Positions 1-12,545 of a stretch of DNA of 64,000 nucleotides are shown here, piece after piece. Position numbers and translations under genes: made by a program. The stretch comes from Massalongia carnosa (Eukaryota). The DNA lies in NCBI GenBank assembly GCA_965645245.1, contig OZ287074.1, positions 434,001 through 498,000 of the forward strand, read 5' to 3'. Position 1 is the stretch's first letter; each line of letters opens with the position of its first letter. The notes under the pieces were generated by a model, which saw only the letters and a list, made by a program, of their open reading frames with translations, did no database searches and had not been told where the DNA came from.

Positions 1-1435
1 ACCCACTCCCTCCTCTCTTTTTGTGTGTTTCCTACACTTATCATGTGTTTCCCCGATAAGTTGTTAGAGCTTTCATCCTGAACAATATTCGGGTTGTGGT
101 TACTTTTTTCTTTTCGTCTTTTTCTTCGATGCCCCCTTTTTGCACATGTATTTCCCATCAAGTATCCTACCTACCCACCCGTCTATCCCGCTTTACCTAC
201 GGGGCACCTATTCACAGACGCATAAACCACTTCCCTCGTCAAGAGAGCGATGTGATGCTTTTTTCTTCTTCTTTCAATTTCAAATCCCACATGAACCTAA
301 CCCGTTTCTTCCGCTTTGGCGATTCCCATCAATTGTCATTGGCCATTTCCCGTTCTTCGCCTTTCCTCCCCTTTTTCTTTTTCTCTCTTTAATCAGTCGT
401 CTCGTCTTGTCATGTAGAACTATAGCCAACCAACCCGAGACGGAAATAAAATGAATGATCCAAGTGTCAATTTCACCGCCGTCGATTCCATCTTCCATTT
501 TCCAGCTCCCGCAAAACCGTGACGTATTCGCTGGAGTGGAGATGAGGCATACATACATACGCTCCTAATGGTGTTAGCTGCCTTTCTGCTTCTTGAAGGA
601 ATTCGCTCTTTCCGTCCCTGTCTTTACACATTGACTCTACATCTCTCTTAGTATATTAGCTTCCGAAAGGCGTTTCGTCGTCTCTCTTTGATACTTCTTC
701 CTCCCTTTCTTGTCGTCAAAAGCTGGTGGACGTGATAAGCAAGCCTTCCCCCAGTCCTCCTTCTTCCTCAACCAACCTCTTAGCCGCCCTTTCTTCCCCT
801 CTCTCCCAATCTCCAACTCACCATATCCAACACCCCTCCGTCAACCTTCCATCTCGCCCACTCGCCCCCCCCCCCTCCCCTTGCCCCTACGCCCTTTCCA
901 CTCCTACACTACCTCTATCCGCTGGATATCCCAGGGTCTTTTTATATCTGGTTCCTACCCCTCTTTTCGCCCAGCAAGTATCCACTAGCTAGGTGGGCCG
1001 CTAGCTGCTGAAAGGTGGTTAGGAATAACATAATACGATAACCTCGACTGATAGAAAAAGGGGGGGATTGGTCCTGGAGGACTGGGGGGATGATATGTGA
1101 GACCATGATGATGGGTGAATGGAGAAGAGAGGAGGGATGATGGTTAGATTGGGGCAGGGAAAGAGTGTTAATGATATTGGGTGTTGAGGAAAGAGGAAGG
1201 GTGTTATTAAAAATGGGCGTTGATGAGCCAAAACGAAGGAACCAGGAGGGCATGAGATGGCCAAAAGATAAAGAAAGTGGGAGTCGCTACGGACTGCAGA
1301 GAGCGTCAGAGTATCCCTGTGATCCATAATACACGTTCCGAATCAAGCTGGGCCTTTAAAAAATTTTCGACTTATGTACGTAGTTAAACTTTCGTAGCAT
1401 ACATGATGAAGCTAGACCTTCCAAGCTCCAAGAAT

Positions 1436-3169
1436 TCACCCAAACATCGCATCCCCAATACGAATCGATACGGTCTTCGTTTGCGTATAATTCGCCAGCA
1501 CCGCCTCACCTTGCTCGCGCCCAATACCGCTCTCCTTGTAGCCGCCAAACGGCAATGTATGATGAAACATGTTGTATTGGTTTACCCAGACGGTGCCCGC
1601 GCGCAGCTCATTCGAGACGCGGATGGCGGTGTTGAGGTTCTTGGTATGCACAGCGGCGGCGAGGCCGTAAGTAGTCGTGTTACCAAGGCGGATGGCGTCG
1701 GCCTCGTCCTTAAACTTAGCGATGGAGCACACGGGGCCGAAGATTTCCTCTTGCATGATCTTCATGTCTTCGGTCACGTTGGAGAAGATGGTGGGTTGGA
1801 TGAAGTAACCTTCCTTGCCGTGGCGTTCGCCACCAATCTCAACCTTGGCCCCTTCCTTTTTGCCATGTTCGATGTAACTATGTACTTTATTTTAGTAGAT
1901 GCGGGGGCAACGCCGTCTGTTGGCGAACATACCTCATGATGCGATCGTACTGAAGCTGCGACACTTGAGGGCCTTGGAACGTGTCAGGCGCGAATGGATC
2001 TCCGACCTTGTTCTTCTGGGCCCTCTCTTTAAAACGACTCACGAACTTGTCATAAATACTCTCCTGCACGTAGATCCGCGATCCGGCACAGCAGCACTGG
2101 CCGTGATTGAAGAAGATGCCAAAGTTGACCCATGAGATGGCGTTGTCAATGTCTGCGTCCTCAAAAACAATGTTAGGGCTCTTCCCTCCCAGCTCCAGCG
2201 TGACTTTTTTGAGGTTCGAGCCTGCAGCTGCTTTCATGATTTGTCGCCCCACTATGGTACTGCCGGTAAATGCAATTTTGTCAACATCCATATGGGCCGA
2301 TAGAGCTGCCCCGGCGATTTTACCAAACCCGGACAGAATATTGATGACTCCGGGAGGAAAGCCCGCTTCTTTCACCAGCTTCGCGGCGTACAAGGCACCA
2401 AGAGGGGTTTGCTCAGCTGACTTGAGGACGACGGTATTTCCGCATGCAACAGCAGGACCAATCTTCCACGACCACATAAGGAGTGGAAAGTTCCATGGAA
2501 TAATCTGGCCGCAGACGCCAAGCTGGGCAACAATCAGTCAGAGCGATCTGTATTCTCATGGTTTTGCGAATACCCACTGGCTCTTGCTTAGTATAGTTGA
2601 AAGTTTCCGAGTTGGTCTCAATGACCTTGCCCTCGATCTTGTCTGCCCAACCGCCGTAGTACCTTAGGCAGGCTGCACACGCACCGATATCGCCTTTGGC
2701 TATGCTGAAGGCTTTGCCGTTGTCTAGCGCTTCGATGGCAGCCAATTGCTCGAGGTTTTGCTCGAACAGATCTGCCAGCTTGACCAGGTATTTCCCACGC
2801 TGCTCGGGAGTAACATGTCGCCACGAGCCCTCAAAGGCTTTTCGAGCCGCGGCAACGGCAATGTCGACATCTTTCTCGGTGGCTTCGTGTACGGCGACTA
2901 TAGGTTTCTCGTTCGAAGGATTGATGCTTTCGAATGACTTGCCATCCACGCCCTTGATGAACTCGTTGTTGATGAAGCTACAATTGTGAGGATTGATTAG
3001 CAATCATTTGCGGGGTAGGAAACCGAGGTGAGGGACGTGGATGAGCGCAGCAAAAACAAGCCGATGGATACGGTGAGAAGCAGAAACCCAAGCCAAACCA
3101 AACTTACAGCCCAGTCGGTTGCTCATATTTCCCTGTCTGAGGCGTCTCTAGTGTCGCAAAGACTGGCAT
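1436..3169 (-). CDS. aldA: NAD-dependent aldehyde dehydrogenase (multi-exon)
   Basis: Exon 1 [21 protein letters not shown] (ATG at 3169, GTAAG donor at 3107) splices to FINNEF. ALDH motifs [39 protein letters not shown] and [13 protein letters not shown] are spread over ORFs 2413-3003, 1887-2477 and 1436-1777. Confidence 0.96.
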
Positions 3170-4282
3170 GGTGATGGGAAGAAGAGATGGTTGCGGCGGT
3201 GTTCTTTTACTTCAGAATATATGTGGGATGTGCCGTCTATGAATGATTCTAAGAGGGGATGAGCCTACAACAAGAACTCTAAAGATACTAACTAATTATT
3301 CAAATTGTCTATGAAAGTCTAGATGCCTCCCACATACAGGCCAAATTGTTGCCACGATTCAAGGAGGACGCCTCCACTTCCTCATTGGGGAATAAACGTT
3401 TATCAATTTCTACTCCAGATTCCCTCCTTACCACTGAACAAATCTGATATTTGCTTCGTTCAAAACCGGCAGGTCCAGTGGGGTATGAGAAAGCCCAAAG
3501 AAAATGGCAAGAGAGAGGGGTAGGAGGCAAGACCCCTCCGTCAAGCTTACTTGCCTTAGGATCGACATATCCTCATCAACACTGACTGGCTTTTTCCTTT
3601 GCGGGTAGCGGTCTTTGAAGATCTAGACCGTTCGGCTTAATCTTGGTGGCTTCCTGCGGGTACAACAAAGATACTCGATTGAGAAGCTCCTTTCGAACAA
3701 TTCTAGTCTTCATGCAGCATATGTGCATCGTTCAATGACCTAGCGTATAAAAGCAAGTTTCGGTGAGATTCATTAATACTGTCATCAATATCAGCTGGTT
3801 GCCTGAGGCTTGAGTGTTTAGGATATTGTACAAGAGCTATGTAGATAGCGTATAGACTCGGCAAAGGTCGAGCATCTGGCAATATGCCGCTAACTCGAAC
3901 GAATCCATAAGTATTTCAAAGTTTGGACCGCAGGACTTGATTTGCAAGACGCGGGCGAATGGGCTTAAACTGGCGTGTTTCCCGAACTTGTCATTATTTC
4001 TGCAGAGACCTCCGCCTGATCATCAACAGCCGGTTTGGCTCATATTGATAGCACAGGAACTGTGCTATAGCAGACGTGGACTTTCAGCAAAATAGAGTTT
4101 GTGAAGCTGCAACGATAAACCTGCTTAAGAGTTACAATGATAAGAGACTTTCATCACGTCTTTCAGCTTGCGTCAGGGCTTGAGAGGCCATCAGAGCGAA
4201 TTGAAATAGACGTACTTTCCTTGGCGTCATACGAGGTGCGCTTCCACGAAAGCTCTTACCAAATTCAAATATCCCGTTTCAT

Positions 4283-6643
4283 TTACCGTCTACTTCGTGT
4301 CGACCTTATTGTGGAGGGGGCAGGATCGAAAGCATCATCGTCATCGGAGATCTCATCATCGCTAAGCTCTTTTGTAACCTTTCCTTTTTTGTTTGATTGA
4401 GTGGTAGGGTGAGAGAAAGCAAGCTTGGTCTGCGTTGAAGACGTACTGGCAGCCCCTCGGGCAGCCGCACGCTTTACAGGCGGAGCCGATTTCTTCGGTG
4501 GCGCGGTTTTTTTGGGTGCTCGTACTGACGGTGCTGGCTGAACAAACAGTTGACTCTCGTCTTCGTCAGAATCGACCATGACTACATCTTCATCTTCCTC
4601 CTCACTCTCTTCTTCAACTGCTTTCTTCTTACCTCTTGAGGGCTTCGTAGGCGCGGCTTTTTTCGCGGTTGCTGGGGTCTTTTTTGTGACTACTGCCTTC
4701 GCTCGACCTTTCGCAGCAGGTTTAGCGACAGGTACCGCTTCCTCCACGTCTTCATCCACGTCCATATCGGAATGAATGAGAGCCCCTGGTTGATCGCCCC
4801 ATGAACCACCATCAAGATCTGAATCCCAGTTCTCTGGCCGTGGCTTAAGTTTGGCTTTCTTTGTCCTTCTTAGATGCCCTGCCGCAAAGAGTTCCTCAAG
4901 CTTCGACTTATGCTGATCCATAGCGCTGTTCAAGTCGTCTTCGTCAAGATGGTCAACGTTCATCAAATGCTTGATCTGATCTAACAGGCTCTCGTTCACA
5001 AACATTTCCATAGCATGCTTATCATCCTTATCAACAAATTGACTGACTGCGTCTCCGAAGGAGTTTTGAGGTAGAATGGTTAGTGATTGTGCTGTAAGAA
5101 ACTCTCGGACTAGTTTCTCAACCTTCACGGAGTCGATCGAGAGCTGAGCAAGTATTGAATCCTCTGGTAATTCTGAACCATCTTGTGCTTTGCGAGTACT
5201 CCCTGCCTTTTTCCGATAAAACTGCACAACATCATTCACGTTCGCTACCTTTCCAACGAAGCGGTTAGAAAAGCGCTGCGGATTTTCGCAATCAAAATTT
5301 CCTCCCTCGGGCGCTGAGTATTCCACTCTAAGCCGAATCAAGGGTAAAGGTACTTCGGGCTCATCGTCGTGATCTCCTTCCTCCTGTGCCTCCAACCATT
5401 CTTCCTTTGCTTGCTCGATTAGTCTTTCAACAACTTCCATCAAGTATCGAGTTAACAAAGTTCGATTGTCTTTCTTGACGAAAGTCTTTGCAGTCTTATC
5501 CTCCGAAAGAACGATCTCTTTCATCACAAAGGGCCTGACTGTTTTCAATCTGATAGGTTCCACCTTGAAGTCTCTCCCCGTCACGCTAAGCACTGCAACA
5601 TGCTTCGGCACTGCCTCGCCAGGCATTAAGGATGTTGCCACCGAGGATCCTGGTTGCATGACATGAAAACTTGTTTCGGGGTTGTAACGGGGATTAATGA
5701 TGCACTCATGCTCATGACCCCAGACCACCAGATCGAGGAAATCAGGGAGGAAGCTTTCAGGAAGGTAGCCTGTTTCCGTGTATGCATGACTGTCACTTCT
5801 CAGATTATCTTTGAAATCTTGTGCATGAGTGTCACTTACTGGTTCTGGTGAACGCTCATGAGATTGAACCAGTCCTGTTTCTGGGTGCCTGGCTGGAAGA
5901 ACTTGACCTTTCCATCTCTAAAAGTTCTGAAAAGTCGCTCGTCCCTTATGTTACTCATACCATACAACGCCAGTTTAGTTTGGCCTTTTTGCAGCAGTAC
6001 GGGCTTTATGAGTATATTATCAGATTCAGGGGTCCGCCCATAATAGTTGACCAGCCCAGATATTTGGAGCAGATCTAGAGCAGCAAGGTGGCCTTCCTAG
6101 TAAGTGTAAGCTTGGTATGGGGAACATCGTTATGGAACAATAACAAACCCCTGATGGATCGTCGTGATTACCATGTATCGAGAAGACAGGTATAGCAACG
6201 TTGATATCTGGATCCTCGTAATTGACATGATTAAACGCTCTACAGTACACCTAAGCTTAAGATTCTTCTTCGTCTACCAAAAGAGTAGCATACCCTTGAA
6301 AGTTCTCACTGCCATCACTGAGCATTTCCAGCTCGCATGGTTTCTCCCCGTAACAATTCATCCTCAGCGAACGCATAACCTGGTACATGGATTTCCTCGA
6401 GGGCTTGTTATCATGGAAGAGATCTCCAGCAAGCAACACCATATCAACATCTTTTCCTTTGGCCAAGCACATAACCTCATGAAAGCTTTTCCAGCTGTCA
6501 TCACCACGGATATGATCCCGTTCGCTGTAACCCACATGGCTGTCAGTGGCTACGAGAATACGGATTGTATCCGCAGCTAAGAAGTTGTTAGCGTTGAGAA
6601 TTATACAGCTTGCAAAGACTGACTGGCCTGTTAGTGCGGGCAT
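4283..6643 (-). CDS. MRE11: Double-strand break repair nuclease Mre11 (multi-exon)
   Basis: Phosphoesterase motifs [37 protein letters not shown] and [33 protein letters not shown]; acidic/basic tail. Confidence 0.97.
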
Positions 6644-6866
6644 ATTTCAGGTAATTATCTTCAGTGTCTTCTTTCATGGAATTCGGAAATCTGTTTTCAA
6701 ATCAAAGCTACAAATCTGGACGCGGTCAAGTGGGTGAAACGCGCCTTATCTTATCTCACTAGATCTTAGGTGAGGAGGCGCTAAAGCCATACTTCAGACT
6801 ATACAACTATCGAAATCAATTGCAGTCGATCTTTAAAGCGCATTTCACACGCTCATTAAGCTCGTA

Positions 6867-7373
6867 ATGAATTCAACGAGGGTACTACTGGCACGCTCAG
6901 TGTGGAAAGGTCTGGTTTAAATGCTCTTCCATTGACACCAAATACTAATCATGAGGATAGGCCCGAATATAGTGCCGTACGTCTGAGCTTGAAATCATCA
7001 TCTTCGTTTTTCGCGTCGTGCATTCAGCTTGACCATTGCGGACAACCGATACATCTATAACTAACACGACTGCCCGGTCCAGACTTCCAGTCGTTCACCC
7101 ATCGCCCGGCCAACGCGTACCTCCAATCAAGACAATGGCTCGCTCTGCTACAATCCTACCGAATTTTGTGGGCCTCAAATTCCAAGTTCACAACGGCATA
7201 ATCTACCATGACGTGTTAATTACAGAGGCCATGGTTGGGCACAAGCTTGGGGAATTCTCACCGTAGGTGATAGACTTTTACTATCTCTTTACTCTGCTTG
7301 GACTGAATGTGACTCTAATACAGACTACAGGACAAGGAAACATTTTGTCTACAGATTGAGTAAAAACAAATGA
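6867..7373 (+). CDS. RSM19: Mitochondrial ribosomal protein uS19m (4 exons, including a 16-nt exon at 6961-6976)
   Basis: Spliced product [22 protein letters not shown]...[24 protein letters not shown]...[31 protein letters not shown] is the S19 signature. Confidence 0.93.
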
Positions 7374-8111
7374 GTATGGGATGTTTAAATAGATATCAGA
7401 TGGCGTTGCGCTCAACAGATTAATTGTATATTTTAATTGTGGTTGGATATATGTACTTTGATATCAGCTCTAACATTTTAAGGTGTTGGATGAACTGGCT
7501 CCTTCAACAGCAGGAGCTTTTACAAACGGCAAGATCTTACGACTGCCAGGGTAATTCGAGCGGTCACGGTGTGGGGGACATGACCAGTGCCAGGGAGCTA
7601 GATAGGAGCTTAGAAAGTTGATAGAAAAAAATTTGGGTAGTGTCGGTAGCGTTAAAGATCAGTCTTCATCCAGCTTATATTTGTTTACTTAGCCACAAAG
7701 TCCCATTCATCATTTGTATGTCTTTTGCAGAGCTTTCGAGGCTTAAAGACTGCGTTGTCGAAACGCTGCATCTTGTATTGTATATGTTTCAACCAAAGTT
7801 CACCTCAAAAAGAGAAGCTCCTAGTTCTTTATATGTTGAAGTAAGATATTCTCGAGAAAGGATAAGAATCGCTGGATTGAAAAAGGAAGTTATAGATATT
7901 TAGATTGGGCAAATGATACATAGGGCTATGACTAGTGCATGATAGAAATAGGAAGTTAGGTAGGACGAAGCACTCCTCTAAGAAAACGACAACAGCAGTG
8001 CAATGTATGTAACGTTAAGTAACAGAGTAATTGCGAATAAATTATATTCCGTGTTTATGGGGTGAATTCTACCTGTTTCAGCTATTGGGTGGCATATTTA
8101 TTCATCTAATC

Positions 8112-9303
8112 ATGCCTTCAATGCCCAAGGAGCGCCTGCAGCAGCTAAGCCAGCAGCTCCAAGTCCCTATTGAAGACATTCCCAAGATTCGTCAGATAGC
8201 CCCAGACTCCATTGGCCAGTACGTCCTTCTAGCAACAAGTGTATTCAGCAAACCCCAAGCTAATCATCATCTAGGAGAGTGAAGGGCAAGGTCATAATAA
8301 TTACAGGTCGGTGTGCTCTCTCTCGGCAATGCCTCTGGCAATATCTCATCCTTTGCAGGAGCAAACTCTCCTCTTGGTATCGGTCGGGCGAGCGCTTACC
8401 AGTTTGCACAAAATGGCGCCCAAGCAATTTATATTTGCGATTTCAGCAATGATTACCTCGCCGCCTACCAGCGAGAGTTACAGTCTCTCTACCCGGAAGT
8501 CGATATTCATTGCCGACAATTCGACGCCGCCGACGAAGTAGCTATCAAAGCAGTGATAGACGAAGCCGTAGAAAAATATGAGAGGCTAGACATTATGTTC
8601 GCTAACGCAGGCATTGTGGGAACAAACCAGGTTTTCACCGACGTTGATGGAGATGACTTCATGAGAACCTTGAGGACGAACGTGCTGAGGTAGCCAATAT
8701 ACCCCACGGTGACAAAGTGCAGATAGCTCTTTTAGTTTTTGGCTGCTGATTGGCATCGTTACCCGCAAGTGTCTTTGTCGCTGCCAAACACGCCGCAAAA
8801 GCCATGAGTCAAACTTCGCCCTTGAAAAACCATCCCTCCGGCTCTATAATTGCTACAGCCTCCGTAGCCGGTCTTCGCTCCAATGCCGGTTCTGGTACGC
8901 TGTCTATCTGCTCTAAGTTCTCCGTCTCTTCGTTGAAGCCCTTCCCCGCCCATCTAACATCTTCCCACCAGCCGATTACTCCGCCTCTAAAGCAGCCGTG
9001 ATCTCTTTAATGCAAACCATCTGCTACCAGCTCTCCGGCACCTCGATCCGCTGCAACGCCATTTGCCCCGGCTTGGTCGAAACCGGCATGACAGCCCCGC
9101 TGTTCGATACCGCGCGGGCGCGCGGCTCCGACGGCAAAATCGGGCAGCTGAATCCGATGCGGAGGGGTGCGGTGGCGGACGAGGTAGCGCGTGTGGCGCT
9201 GTTCCTCGGAAGCGACGAGGCAAGCTATGTCAACGGGCAGGCATGGAGCGTTTGCGGGGGCTTGAGCGCGGGGCATCCGTTTGTGCCGGGAAAGCTGGGT
9301 TGA
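8112..9303 (+). CDS. Short-chain dehydrogenase/reductase (multi-exon), candidate peroxisomal
   Basis: Spliced [34 protein letters not shown], catalytic [22 protein letters not shown] and ASYVNGQ. Confidence 0.9.
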
Positions 9304-9811
9304 AGGCAAAGAGGTGCGCAATACAATCGGGACGAAAGCATCGCCCGTAGAGCCTCTGGTAGGAGTTCTCAAAATACCTTCGCGCCAGTGAGCGGGAGCA
9401 ATTCATGAAAGAAGAACCGTTGGGAAAATGTTCTGTGGCCGGGAGACGGAGGAGTTTGATCGGAAAATGCGCAGCCCTAGTTGTGGCCAAGGAAACGGGT
9501 AGCGTAAGTATCCCCCATCAATAGCAGTTTGCGGGACGAACCCCAACAGGAAATTAACGCATCGCGATGCCCATCCATGGTTGCACGGTTGAATGCAGAG
9601 ATCGTGCATCTCGCCCCTCTATCCCCAGCATCGAACTCATCACGTACGCGTGGCAATCCGCCAATAATCCCACAATTTCCTCTGATGAGCACTCCCCCTC
9701 CTTCTGCCTTCGACCGCTGTTCCCCGGCTCGCTGCCTGAGAACACTTCCTCCCGCGATCGCTCACAACCCCGTGGACACATGTACCTTCCGGTGCTAGAT
9801 AATGACAAGTG

Positions 9812-11105
9812 TCAAGCCCCCAGATCGCGCTGCAGCACCTCCACTAGTTTCCTCTCGTCCAGGTTTCCCCTCGCAATCCCTGGGGGGTCTAGCTCCGCAT
9901 AGTCATCTAGACCACCCCCCCCCATGCCTTCCGCCCACGCATCCGCATCTCTTCCTCCGCCAAACCCAAACCCACTCATTTCTACCCCTATGCTATTACT
10001 CAGCTCAGGCCCCCCTCCCGCTTCCGCATCCGCTCCCGTTCCAGCACCGAAATACTTCGCAAACGTGACGAATCCCGTTGGTAGTTTTTCTGGTGGGTAT
10101 TTTAGCGCGTACAGAGTCGGGAATTCTAGCACGGTGCGGCCGCGCAGCATGGTGTCGAGGGTGGCAGTGGGGGGAAGGGGGATTAAGACGCGGGTGGGGA
10201 GGGGGGTGGAAGGGTGGAGGAGGTAGAAATGCAGATCTTTGACGGTGAAATGGGGAGGACGAGGAGGAGAAGATGAGGTAGCGGGCGTCTCTATGGGTGG
10301 AAGAGGCCGGGGGGGGCTGGACAGGGAAGGCGCGATGGGGGACGGCGGGGCGGATTCCCGCTTGCGTTTGTTATTGGATCGGCCGGACTGGGGGGATGTG
10401 TGGGCGGCGTAGGCGGCCGAGACGGGGGCGTTGGCGAGACAGGTCCCTAGCTCTGAGCGGCCGTTGTTGCGGATCCACTCGACTGTCCAAAGAAGCGTGC
10501 GTTTCCTGCTCCTCGTGCAAACCGAATCAACACCGCGAAAAGGAAAAGGGGCGAGGGGACGCATCAGCAAGAAAACACGCACTTCTTAACCCAATGCGTG
10601 GCATTTTGTTTCCCCCGCGCCATCCCCGCTGGCGCCTTCCTCACCACAACCCCACACGCCTCTAACGCAGCCCCTAACTGGGCCTCCCCTTTCTTGGGCC
10701 CGTGGCGGCCCTGCGCCCTCCACCCCGCTGCTCCCCCGCGCTCCTCCTCGCCGTCCGAGTGTAGCGCTACCCCCCGCGCCTCCACGTCGCGCTCCGCGCG
10801 GTCGATGGTTCGCTCAATGCCCGTGAGGAAATTGTAGTCGTGGTCGATACCGTGCGGTGTGGTAAGATCGGCGCGCTTGACATAGACGGTCGGGTCCCGC
10901 TGGCCAGTGCACTGAGCCCATTGTTTGTGGCGTTTGGTGCAGGGGAGGGAGCATGTGCGGGTCGAGCAGCGGGGGCAGCGGTATTTGGTTGGGTTCGTGT
11001 GGCTTTTCTCCGGGTTAGCTGGGAGGGGTGTTGGAAGGGAAAGTCTTGGGGGGGAAGTTGAAGAACGTACCAAATTTTACAGAGGTCGTTGGGGAGGGAC
11101 TCCAT
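9812..11105 (-). CDS. BCD1: Box C/D snoRNA biogenesis protein (zf-HIT domain)
   Basis: LCKIC/HTNPTKYRCPRCSTRTCSLPCTKRHK zinc finger across intron 1; DYNFLTGIER; LLWTVEWI; LRGRTVLEFPTLY. Confidence 0.88.
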
Positions 11106-11288
11106 GACGTGGTTTGGTGATGTATAGGTATTAGGTACCTCGGTAGGAAGTTGTTGGATAGCAATTTATAGAGTACAGCATTGGGTGGAGGAATTTTCTT
11201 ATCGATAAAGCTCATTAGTTAAGTTAACTAGTCCTGGTAGGAAATACCACAAACATGTGACTTTCCATCGGAACCTTCCTGATACTAG

Positions 11289-12545
11289 GTACAGAGTAGC
11301 TACTCTGTATCCTACTCTACTGTGTAGATGGGTATTGTATTATCCTGACCTCTGAACTTGCCCGTTCTGATGTACGATTTCAGTATCAACTAGTCTGTAC
11401 TCTGTATCGTTTGGAAAGTGTCAGTCGTCAATACATAGCATGATTAGGCGATGGCGTTCCTAAAGGCAAGTAACCTAATAGGTATGTAGAGAGTACGGAG
11501 TACCTACGTTAGGTAAGTTACGAGGTGCTCGAGGAGGCAAGGGTTTACGAAACCATACAAAACCGCCTGTCAAGCTGTCGGGCTATCATCTCTATATATA
11601 TTCCTATGTAGGAATCCCACGACCACAAAGAGACAGAAACACAGACCATGACAAATACCGGTAACAGGCCCCAGCTAGATGAGGCTTTCTAGCGGGACCG
11701 GGAGAAAGAAGGAACCTTGCCCCGGGATATCAGGTGTTTCACTGCGATCAATTCCCGCCTCCACTTTCCCCTCTCCTCCCTCCCCTCCGATAAGGAGGAT
11801 TACGTATTACTACTTAGTTGCTCTGTAAAGTGTATGGAGTACAGAGTACTTGGTACAGCTTAGTTGCCCTATACTCCGTACAGATGTACTCCGTACAGAT
11901 GTACTCCGTACAGATGTACAGATTACTTGGTTTTCTCGCTCACCAATGTTTGCGAAAGCATAAACCCCCTCCCCCTTTACTTGCGTCGTTACAGAGTATA
12001 CAGATGCACTCCGTGTTAACGAGAATATCATGGATCTTGCGTTTCCAATAATACGACTTGAACCTCGTGATTCGATCGATTTGAAGCTGCGCCTGTGGTC
12101 TGTGGACCGTGGATCCGTGGTGTTATGCATGGGCCTACTCTGATGGATGATGACTAGGCGGATGGACAATGCGCTTGTACCCAACCAAAGGTGACAGAAT
12201 CAAGAAGAGCAGGAACGGAGTACTCTGTAGCGGATGGCCCAAAGGAAGGTTGCATGCTTCGTAAACCTTGTGGGTGGGAATCGGAACAAGGTTCAGGACT
12301 TTGGTACCAAACAACCCAGACGGCGTGGGCCTTCAGTTCTCTCTGGTACGGAGTACAGAGTATACAGAGTATACAGAGTACAGAGTACATACAGAGTACA
12401 TACAGAGTGCTCGGTAGGTAGCTTGCGTTTCCATCCTGGTTCCTCCTCCTAGTTATCCATTGTCCGCCTGAAGCCAAGCAGGAGGTGAGGACAATGTAAA
12501 CATCAGAGCAACTTACTCTGTACAGAGTACTCGGTACATACGGCA
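11289..12545. repeat. Cluster of TACTCYGTA/TACRGAGTA motifs with short tandem arrays
   Basis: (TACTCCGTACAGATG)x3 at 11872-11916; seven TACRGAG units at 12347-12407; 16-bp palindrome TACTCTGTACAGAGTA at 12514-12529; further single copies in the interval. Confidence 0.9.

Noticed and set aside
748..1088. Large inverted repeat or foldback element around 985
   Set aside because: Only a match of about 12 bp (CCCCAGTCCTCC / GGAGGACTGGGG) was found; the rest is compositional mirror symmetry, reported as a skew flip instead.
1403..2989. Long plus-strand ORFs (178 aa, 186 aa and others) opposite aldA
   Set aside because: Antisense shadows of a codon-biased conserved gene; no independent motifs.
9304..9810. 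Several overlapping short ORFs between the SDR and BCD1
   Set aside because: No recognisable domain or splice structure; probably convergent 3' UTRs.
11872..12407. CRISPR-like array
   Set aside because: Eukaryotic context; repeats of 7-15 bp without unique spacers; no cas genes.
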